64,000 bases of DNA, taken from assembly GCF_009914755.1 (NCBI RefSeq), contig NC_060929.1. One strand, 5' to 3'. Source of the stretch: the human T2T-CHM13v2.0 reference genome, Homo sapiens. This document shows, in pieces, positions 51,741 to 64,000 of the stretch. The translations under genes and the position numbers were made by a program. How positions within the stretch are numbered: the first letter of the stretch is position 1; each line of letters begins with the position of its first letter. Under the pieces are notes generated by a model that was not told where the DNA came from, did no database searches, and was given only the letters and a program-made list of their open reading frames with translations.

Positions 51741-54308
51741 TGAAATCATATCAGGTATCTTCTCAGACCACAGTGGAATAAAACCAGAAATCAATACCAA
51801 GAGGAACTTGGAAACTATACAAATAAATGGAAATTAAAGAACACGCTCCCGGATAATCATTGGGTCAATGTAAAATTATAGTGGAAAAAAAAAAAAAAAA
51901 CTTCTTGAAACAAATGAGAATGGAAACACAACATACCAAAACCTGTGGGATATAGTAAAAGCAGTGCTAAGAAGGAAGTTTATAGGCTTGAGCGCCGGTG
52001 GCGACGAAGGCAGTGGCGGCCCAGCGGGCTCAGTGTGTGGGTCCGTGGCGGCTCGGGGTCCACCCGCGGGCTGCGGTGCGAGCAGGTGGCCCCGTTCCCC
52101 TCCTCCCGCGCCCGCCCCCGCCTCTGTGATTGGGTGGAAGATGGTGCTGGCCGGATGTAAATCCTAATGACAGTCTCCAAATTCGCTTCCATCTGTACCA
52201 TGAGTGCCAATGCTTCGGCATTAGAGAAGGAGATTGGTCCAGAACAGTTTCCAGTGAATGAGCACTATTTTGGATTAGTCAGTTTTGGGAATACCTGCTA
52301 CTGCAATTCAGTTCTTCAAGCACTTTATTTTTGTCGTCCATTTCGGGAAACAGTTCTTGCATAGAAGAGTCAACCTAGGAAAAAGGAGAGCCTTCTTACA
52401 TGCTTAGCAGATCTCTTCCATAGCATAGCCACTCAGAAGAAAAAGTTGGAGTAATACCTCCCAAGAAGTTCATCACAAGATTACAGAAAGAAGATGAGCT
52501 TTTTGACAACTACATGCAACAAGATCCCCCATGAATTCTTAAATTACCTACTAAATACAATTGCTGATATTTTACAAGAAGAGAGAAAGCAAGAAAAACA
52601 AAATGGCCGCTTACCTAATGGTAATATTAATAATGAAAATAATAACAGCACCCCAGACCCAATGCGGGTTCATGAGATTTTTCAGGGAACATTAACTAAT
52701 GAAACCAGATGTCTTACTTGTGAAACTATGAGCAGCAAAGATGAAGATTTTTTAGACCTGTCTGTTGACGTGGAACAAAATACATCAATTACTCACTGCT
52801 TAAGGGCTTTCAGCAACACAGAAACCCTATGCAGTGAGTACAAGTATTACTGTGAAGAGTGTCGCAGCAAACAGGAAGCACACAAACGGAGGAAAGTTTA
52901 AAAACTGCCCATGATTCTAGCTCCACACCTGAAGAGATTTAAATATAAGGATCAACTTCATCGATTTACAAAACTCTCTTACCAGGTAGTTTTTCCTTTA
53001 AAACTTAGTCTATTTAACACTTCAGGTGATGCCACCAATCCAGACAGAATGTACAGCCTTGTTGCTGTTGTGGTTCACTGTGGAAGACTTATTTGTAGAC
53101 TTGCTTCATATGAAAGTGTGGAGGGTGTGTGCAGCCTCATTGTCAGCATTGGTCCCAGTCGAGGCCATTGTATTGTAATAGTTAAGAGTCATGATTTTTG
53201 GTTGTTGTTTGATGACGACATTGTAGAAAAAATAGATGCACAAGCTATTGAAGAAGTCTACGGGCTGACATCAGATATCTCAAAGAACTCTGAGTCTGGT
53301 TACATCCTTTTCTATCAGTCTCGGGATTGAGGGGGAACCGTGATGAAGAGATACTTTCTGCCGCATTTCTTCTCTGGTTATTTTGGAAAGGATCAAGCAC
53401 TGATTTTTCAAGAAAAGAGAAAATGCAGGAAGCTCTGGGGGCAGTAGCACACTTTGCACACGATAAAGCAAAGACGATGGATTGACAAGCCCTTCCGATC
53501 ACAGTAGTTGATTTATTTGCTCAGGTATCATGCTGTCTGTACAGTTCCATTCAACAAGGAGGTGAAATCAGAGATACCAGTTCCTCTTGTAAAACAGCCT
53601 TCCAGTATTAACATGCATTTTCTCTTTATTAATTGCACCAATAATGCCATGAATTCCTTGGGGGTGCAGTAGAAAGAATCGGAATCTGTGCTGTACTGAT
53701 AAGGAGATGATGTTGAACACACTGCATAAATTTGCCTGGTTCAGTATGTATAGAAGCATATTCAGTGGTCTTTTCAAGAGTAAACCAGAAACACTTTTGG
53801 GCCCAACACTTGCAGTTGCCTTCCTGATGTAAAAACTAACATGCTAGATAATCCAGTGTCAGGAAGACAAAGATGTTTTGGTTCTCTGAAGAAGCTTATA
53901 ATAATACATGTAGGGAGCAATTGGTCAAAAGTGGCTTTTTGTTTCCCCAAGGGGAAAGACTGGCTTTGTAATCATAATTTTTTCCTTATTTATTTTACTT
54001 AAAACTGGTAGAGTCTAAGTATTGTATGAAGTGCCCATGATTCTGTCAGTAAATTTGAGCATATTTTTATTAGTTAATGTCAGTTTAAGTAGTCCTTTTG
54101 TTTGTTTCTATTTTTAAGGTGAATTTTAAATTATATCTGAAATCAGTAAGATACCTTGAGAAAAACTGCAATGAGAGGAGGTAAATATCCTTTTTCAGGA
54201 GGAACTGATATCTCTGGCCAAATATTTGTCCTTTTATTATGGTTTCTAAATCAGTTATTTTCTTCAGCTTTAATTTCATAAAATTAAAAAACTATAAAAA
54301 ATATTCCT

Positions 54309-54735
<427 letters not shown>

Positions 54736-56499
54736 TTATTTTCAGATGTCATTTTTTTACCCTGGAAAGAAGTAATAATGTTCATCATAACCCTAGCAGC
54801 CTGGATAGTGAGCTAAACAAACCCTTTGAAGATTACATTTTAATCAAGTAGACTAGGAATACAAAAAATAAGTCTTTACTCCCCTTCCACCCACCTTTAC
54901 AAATCTTACTGGAAGGGTGTTCAGAAATTAAAATTTGTGTTTGCTAAGACTTTATTCTGTTGGGGGTTTTAAGAAGTAATATATGTACATAATATATGTA
55001 AACCATTGCAGTTTTTTTGGACACTTTTCCATGCATTAGTAAGTTGTCTGACAGTAGCCGAATGTAACTTGCAGAAAATTATTGAAAGTTATATTCAGGA
55101 TAATAGCAATCAGGCGTTGGATGTTCTTTATTAAACTCTTTTCAGGCAGTAAATTTTTAAAAAAATCTGTCATTTTCTAAAATTCTTTTGCTAAAACTGT
55201 TGACTATGGAAAAACAAACAACAAAAAGGAATGTTTTTAGTCTGCTGCTATTATTAACATTTATTATCTGTATCTTTTGGCTCAGTAAATGACTTCACCT
55301 ATTTCTTCCATAAGCAGATCTTTAACAGGGTCACTTAGGTAATTGGGCTGCTTAAACAGATGTGCTGGAAGAAAATTATAATATTTAGTATTTGTACTAA
55401 ATATCAAAAGTATTTTGACAAGTTTCTCTTTAAGATAGTTTCTAAAGCCTTACCCTGGCTAGAGATGTTTTGTACAAATTATATATAGCCTGCCTGATCT
55501 ACCAACATGCCACAGAGAATCACAGTCAACAATGTGGGGAAAGTCAGGGCAGTGGAAGTGGATGCACACTTTGTATTTTGAGGGCTTAAATCAAATTGTC
55601 TTGAAATTAAAGCTGTATTTCTGCAGCTTTCAGTACAGAGAAAAAGAGGAAAGTGAAGCTGTGTCAGTTTTAACATTAGCTATATCACAACATGTTTAAG
55701 AAAGATAGATGAAGTCATTTGCATTAAAGTACAGCATTGAAATACTACATTGTGTTTATTTTTACATTTTTGCATTAAAAAAAAACATGCAGTAAAAGCC
55801 AAGTTAAATTTCATATTAAAGCAAGTTCTAGTATATGTATTGAGTTCCTGGTAGTCACATACCTTGTTCACATCTACACCATACTTCATAGTATGATTTG
55901 TAAGGGGAGGGACTGTGGGGTGACAGTTTTACATTTACTTTTTCTTCTTAATGCAGCTGGATCTAAGTAAAATGTTTTGAAGTTTATCAAAAATTCAATA
56001 TACTTTTAAAACATATAGGGTCAGGGTTGGGGGAGAAAATACAGGTATAGTAAGTAAGAAGTGACCTATGAAGAAAGCGTTGTGAGGTTATATGTTGGTT
56101 GACTGTGATTAAAATGTGGGGCTGGTTTAAGTTGTAAATGGTGGCTGATTGCTGTGTAACTATGTACATGATTGTTAGGATGGCTGTCCTATATTTTGTA
56201 TATTGGAATAAAAATTTCTATAAATTATTGTAACTAAAAAAGTAAATATTCTAAATTAAATCCCACTTCTTAAATCACATGGCTTCTGTCTTGGAAATTT
56301 TACCTTTAAAAGATTATTTAAGACAGGAACCAGGAGGCTTGGGAATAGGGAAAAAAGGAAATGTTGTATTATATGGGTCTTGTGGTAACCATCGGTATAG
56401 GGTTTTTTCTTTCCTTGATGGCAGTAGAAAGACCACATTTTCATAACATAACTACTCTTGATACTTTCTTTAAAAACACTTTTTATCAAAGATTCTATC

Positions 56500-56725
56500 A
56501 TGAGGTATTTGACTGGGAGCTGAGAGGCTAAAGCGCTCATGTCCTGTCTCTTCAGTGAATTTAACTGTGTGACCTTGGGCAAGTCACTTAACCTCTCTGT
56601 GCTTCAGTCTCACTGTCTTTTAAAATGGGAGTAATACCTACCTTACAGGGTTGTTGTGGGGATTAATTAGAGATAATGTCTGTAAAGCATTTAAGGTTCT
56701 TGAAGAAGGCGCTATATAGATACAA
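56500..56725 (+). mobile_element. MIR carried within the USP12 3'UTR
   Basis: TGTGACCTTGGGCAAGTCACTTAACCTCTCTGTGCTTCAGT core, located inside the TSD-bounded retrocopy. Confidence 0.85.
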
Positions 56726-58167
56726 AATAATATCTATTAAAGTTGGTTTATTTGTGGAAAAAAAGAAGGAAGTTTATAGCAATAAATGCTAATATCCAAA
56801 AAAGTGGAAAGATTACAAATTAACAATCTGACAGTGCACCTCAGGGAGCTAGAAAAGCAAGGAAAAACCAAACCCAAAATTAGCAGTAGAAAAGAAATAG
56901 TAAGGATCAGAGCAGAGCTAAATGAAGTAGAGACTAAGAAATAAAAAATACAAAGGATCAACAAAACAAAAAGTTGGTTCTTCTTCAAAAAGGTAAACAA
57001 AATAGGTAAACCACTAGCTAGACTAACCAAGAAAAGACCCAAATAAAACCAGAAATGAAAAAGGAGGTGTTACAACTGATCACAGAAATATGAAAGATCA
57101 TCAGAGACTATTATGAACAATGATATGCCCACCAACTAGAAAGCCTAGAAAAAAATGGATAAGTTCCTGGAAACATACAAGGTTCTGAGATTGAACCAGG
57201 AAGAAATAGAAGTCCTGAACAGACCAATAACAACTAGTGAGATCAAATCAGTAATTTAAAAAAAAAAAATCCCAGCAAAAAAACTCAAGACCAGATGGAT
57301 TCAAATCCAGACGTACAAACATACAAAACCAAATATACAAAGAAGAGCTAATACCAGTCCTCCTGAAACTGTTCCAAAAAATTGAGGAGGAGGGAACTCT
57401 CCCTAACCCATTCTATGAGGTCACTATCACCCTGGTACCAATATCAGACAAGGACACAACAAAAAAACTACAGGCCATTATGAACATAGGTGCAGAAATC
57501 CTTAACAAATGCTAGCAAATCAAATCCAACAGCATATCCGAAAGATAGTACACGATGATCAATTGGGATTTATCCCAGGAATGCAGCGTTAATTCAGTGT
57601 ACACAAATCATTAAATGTGATACATCACATCAACAAAATTAAGGACAAAAACCCATATCGTCATCTGAATAGATGCAGAAAAACCATTTGATAAAATCCA
57701 GCATCCTTCCTGACAAAAACCCTCAACAAACTAGGCTTAGAAGGAACATACCTCAAAGCAATAAAGGCACGTATGACAAACCCACAGCCAAAATCATACT
57801 GAATGGGGAAAAGTTGAAAGCATTCCCTCTAAGAACTAAAACAAGACAAGGATTCCCATTTCCACCACTCTTATTCTACACAGTACGAAAAGTCCTAGCC
57901 AGAGCAGTGAGGCAAGAGAAGAAATAAAAGGCATCCAGATCGGAAAAGTGAAAGTCAAATTGTCCTTCTTTGCTGATGATAGATCTTATATCCAGAAAAA
58001 CCTAAAAATTTCAAAAAACTGAGATTTGATAAATAAATGCACTAAAGTTGCAGGATAGAAAATCATTGTACAAAAATCAATAGTATTTCTATATACCAAT
58101 AATGATCTATCCGAGAATGAAATCAAGTAGGCAGTGCCATTTATAATAGCTATAAAATACCTAGGAA

Positions 58168-58540
<373 letters not shown>

Positions 58541-60041
58541 CTACAAGGAAAACTGCAAAACACTGATGAAAGAAGTTGAAGATGACACAAATAAATGGAA
58601 AAACATCCTATGCTCATGGATCGGAAGAATATTGTTAAAATGTCCATATTGCCCAGAGTAATGTATAGATTCAGTGTAATCCCTATCAAAATACCATCCT
58701 TCTTCACAGAATTTTTTTTTAAATCCTAAAATTCATGTGGAACCATAAAAGAGCCTGAATAGCCAAAGTAATCTTGACCAACCAGAACTCAGCTGTAGGC
58801 ATTGCATTACCTGACTTCAAAATATATTACAAGGCTATAGTAACCAAAGCAAAATGATATTGGTATGAAAACAGACACATAAACCAATGGAACAGAATAG
58901 AGAGCCCAGAAATAAAGTCACATACTTACAGCCAACCGATCTTCAACAAAGCTGACAAGAATACACAATGGGGAAAGGACAGTCTCTCCAATAAAATGGT
59001 GCTGGAAAAATTGGGCAGCCACATGCAGAAGAATGAAACTGGACCCCTATCTCACCATGTAAAAAAATCAACTCAAAATGGATTAAAGACTTAAAGCCCA
59101 AAACTGTTAAAAAAATACTAGAAGAAAACCTAGGGAAAACTCTTCTGAACATTGATCTAGGCAAAAAAATTATGACAAAGACCTCCAAAACACAGCAACA
59201 AAAACAAAAATTAGACAAATGGGGCTTAATTAAACTAAAAACTGAATCACAAAAGAAATAACCAACAGAGTAAACAGACAACCTGTTGAATGGGAGAGAA
59301 TATTTATAAACTATTCATCTAACAGGAGACCAATATCCAGAATATATAAGGAACTCAATTAATAGGAAAAAACAAATAATTCCCTTTAAAACTGGGCAAA
59401 TGACATGAATAGACATTTCTCAAAAGAAGATATACAAACAGCCAAGATGTATGTGAAAAAATGTTCAACATCACTAATCATCAGAGAAATGCAAATCAAA
59501 ACCACAGTGAGATACCATCTTACCCCTGTCAGAATGGCTATTATTAAAAAGGCAAAAAAGAGCAGATGTTGTCAAGGATGCAGAGAAAAGGAAACTCGTA
59601 CACTGTTGGTGGGAATGTAAACTAATACAGCCACTATGGAAAACAGTATGGAGATTTCTCAAAAAACTAAAAATAGAATTACTGTTCAATCCAGCAGTCC
59701 TACTACTGGGAGTATATCCAAAAGAAAATAAGATAGTATATCACAGGACTGCCTCACTCAAATGTTTATTACATCAGTATTCACAGTAGCAAAGACATAG
59801 AATCAATCTAAGTATCTTATCAACAGATGAATGGATAAAGAAAATGTGGTATACATACACAATGGAATACTGTTCAGCCATAAAAAAAGAATGAAATAAT
59901 GTCTTCTGTAGCGACATGGATGGAACTGGAGAAGTGAAATAAACCAGGCAAAGAAAGACAGATACCACATGTTCTCATTCATATGTGGGAGCTCAAAAAT
60001 TTAATCACGTGGAGGTAGAGAATGGAAAGATAGATAACAAG

Positions 60042-60823
<782 letters not shown>

Positions 60824-62856
60824 GAGATAGATAACAGAGACGAAAAGGTGAGTGGGGGCAAGGGAGAGGATGAAGAGAAGTAGGTTAAAAGGTACAAACA
60901 TGGTAAGATGGAAGGAAAAAATTGAATGTTTGATAGCAGAGTAGGGTGACTATAGTTAACAAAAAGGTATTGTAGTCAGGTGACAGAAACCCTAAGTATC
61001 ATATATTGATCAGAAAGCATTATATACTTATAACAAAACTTCACATGTACACTATAAATTTGTACAAATTTAAAAAACAAAGTGGGGTGTTGGATAGAGA
61101 GTGTCTAAATGTAGGCTGATGGAGGAAGGCCTCTAAGATTAGTCATAGCAGGGATGGATGCATTTCAAGCAGAAATGAAGGGTAGCCTAAAAGCCTAAAC
61201 AAGGAAAGGTAAGAGCAAGCAAAAAGTTGAACCAACTAGGAACTACTAGATCATTTCCCATGAAGTTCATTATTAATAAAACGTATATAAAGAACAAAAG
61301 AGGATATGTTGTTATTTTGGACACATTATTGAATTGGATGTCATGTGGTATGAATGTAATATGCGAGTGACACATTTAGGAAATATTTAGAACTTAGAGA
61401 TTTTACACATTAGCTTCACCCCCCACCCCCCCCAAAAAAAAAAAACCAAAAGAAAAAAAAAAAACCCTAAAGAGAGAAGAATGCTTTGGTGTTTAATGGA
61501 TTGAAACAGCCAGGAAAACAAATGGGAAGGGAAAACCTTGTATGTGTTGGGTGCTGTATTACAGTTTTTGCCCACTTAATCTTAATGCCAAACCTTACAA
61601 AGCAGGTAATATTAATCACATTTTACAGAGGTGCACCTGAACCTCAAGAAGTCAAGCATCTAGGAAATAATAGATTCAAACCTAGACTCACCTATTTCCA
61701 AAACCACTGCCCCACCCAAATAGGCCTTTTGTCTCTGGAATTGCCCTTCAGACTATATTTTTCTAAGACCTTCATTCTCCTTTGTGTTGTGGTGACAAGT
61801 TTTGAGCTTAAGGCAGATTTCGGTTCAGCCTCATTCTTCCTGATTCTCAGTTAAGCAATTCTTTCCTATACAGTTAACTTTTCAGCACAGCTTTCAATGA
61901 TGGGTCTTAGTGAGCAGTAGGCTATTAATGATGCATGTGCTTCCTGTGGAGACTGGTTCCAGAAGAGAAGCACTTGATTGTTTTCAATGCCAAACAACAA
62001 GTTGCTACAGAGGACAAAATGCCTATTAGGCTTAAAAATTATTTCCAAAATTGCAGATGTAATCCCTTTTAAAATATTTTAAACACCAAGAACTAGGACA
62101 AAATATGAAAATTCATGACCTCTGCCTGTGTTTTATGTCTGGAAAATATCATGATTTGAATCTCACATAGTAGCTTGAGCTGCAAATAAAGAAAACCAAT
62201 AGTTAACACATAGTCTTCAGCACCATTCATTCTGTTTTTGACCAAATGCCCTGTGATCCTTATGATTCCACACTTTAAAATCTACCTTGAAAATAACATT
62301 TATCTTTTTCAAAGTCCTCAACCATAAATCAACCATAATGGAAGCTCTTCTTGCTTTTATTGCGAGGATATATGCTCCAATCTTCGTGGCTAAAGTGTTT
62401 ACCTGGCTTTTTCACAGCTGACTCAGTAGATGGGAACCTTTTAATGCAACCTGCATGGCATGTGGTCACCAAATCTATGTGAAGTCTTTATAATTTTTAT
62501 ATGATTGATAGCATATTGCTTTTCACTGGTGAGGGGAACCATATCTGCTTCCTGCTTATCTTTGTAGATGTCGAGTTACATAATCCATTTACTTTCGTGA
62601 CTGGGACTTGAAATGTAGAAATATGAAGGAAAAGAGAAAAGCAACCAGGCTCAACAAGTCTGTATTTGACTTTTAGGCCTAGACATTTTCCATTTATACT
62701 ATGCTACATCCCAGAGTTGTAAAACCAAAGCTCCCTTTTCTACAAAGTAACCCAGTTAATACGGAGAGATGCAGAAGAAATTAACTAATTAATCAGTTAT
62801 TGATTAATCAATCAAATGCCATGTCTTTAGGAGGGAAAGCTCTATTTTTGGCTTTT

Positions 62857-63125
62857 ATTATTTTTAATTGACACTTGATAATTTTTTATATTTATGGAGT
62901 ACCATGTGATATTTGATATAGGTATACACTGTGTAATGACCATTTAGGGTATCCATCACTGCAAACATTTATCATTTGTTTGTGTTGGGAACATTCAAAA
63001 TCTGCTCTTTTAGCTACTCAAAAATATATAACAAATTGCTCATTATAGTCACCTTATTAGTGCTACAGAACACTGCAACTTATTCCTCTTATCTGGCTAT
63101 ACTTTTGTATCCATTAACCAACCTT
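62857..63125 (-). mobile_element. Short 5'-truncated L1MA 3' end
   Basis: TTTTTAATTGACA..TTTGTGTTGGGAACATTCAAAATC..TTGTATCCATTAACCAACCT; flanking AAAGCTC repeat. Confidence 0.8.
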
Positions 63126-64000
63126 TGGAAAAGCTCCTTTCTTAAAAGCTTTGTAGTTCCACAGTTTTCCAAAACTATGGTCCACGGCTGTCTTCTAGAC
63201 CTCCATTCAACCCCTCATCCCTCATGATCCTGTATTAGCTACCATTTTCCTCTGTGTTAAATGCATACGACTGTATTTCAAAACTTGCCCCAAAACTTCC
63301 CTCTTTCTGTTTTCCATGACATTTCTCTCTAAAATGATAAATGTGAGCTTTTAAACTGTAGTGTTTTATCAATGCTGGGTTTTACTACTAAACACAACTT
63401 AAGACTTCTAAGAAAACTTTCTGGGGTTAGCTTTAGCTACTCATTCTTTAATTAATTCTGCTGATATTTCACCTGTAATCTACGTCAGGCATACATATGT
63501 CTCAGAACCTCAGAGATGAATAAGATGAATGAGAAACTACTCCCTTAGGAAGTTTATAATCTGCTTCCCAACCCTACTCTTTTAGTCTCCTTCTCCTCTT
63601 CTGAGTCTACCTGCTCACCATTTTAACTGTTGCTCTTGTTAACTGTTTCTCTTACTAATCATAAACTCCCAGGGATCATGTGCAAATGTTGTCAGCCAAA
63701 AAATGTGGGTGGTGTCATGCTGATTCAAAACCATGGACTTCTGATAAGCAACTTAATCTCTAAGCTTCAGTTTTCTCATTTAAAATGCAAATTATACTTA
63801 CTATACCAAGTAGTTGTTAGAAGTAAATGAGATAATAATTTTAGTGTACAAAGGAGATAATAAATGGTTGCTCTATCACTTACTTGTCAGTAACACCTCC
63901 ATTAACCTTTCATATTAAATGTAAATGTCGCACTCCACTATTGGATGCCCTCAAGTAAGATCCTCAACCTGCTCTGTTGGCCTTCTCTTACATCTCCTCT

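Noticed and set aside
52155-53330. Functional USP12 retrogene
   Set aside because: Catalytic Cys/His/Asp codons remain, but there are three premature stops, two frameshifts and an oxyanion Asn>Ser change (GLVSFGNTC).

Overview
Primate (most likely human) genomic DNA from inside the RANBP17 gene (exportin-7/importin-beta family), + strand. Six internal coding exons (13-116, 5867-5955, 13974-14081, 22101-22183, 41271-41485, 43025-43163) splice into one open frame. The 8-kb intron 5956-13973 is a GT-AG U12-type (minor spliceosome) intron. The rest is intron, dense in repeats: about 25 Alus/FLAMs, MIR and L2 remnants, a near full-length antisense L1PA, Tigger1, MER85, MER5, and a full-length old L1M. 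That L1M hosts a complete 4.8-kb processed pseudogene of USP12 with a perfect 17-bp TSD. I find no evidence for a new multi-gene system. The best leads are: (1) an in-frame 63-nt insert in the USP12 retrocopy that looks like a fossil cassette exon just before the catalytic His; (2) the minor intron with a second branch-point/AG pair; (3) a 354-nt two-exon unit that would form a stop-free circRNA; (4) motif-dense, repeat-free blocks at 1.5-3.1 kb that are probably highly conserved enhancers; (5) several informative insertion histories. Gene, protein and repeat identities come from recall of consensus sequences, not from database searches. Repeat boundaries and subfamilies are approximate.
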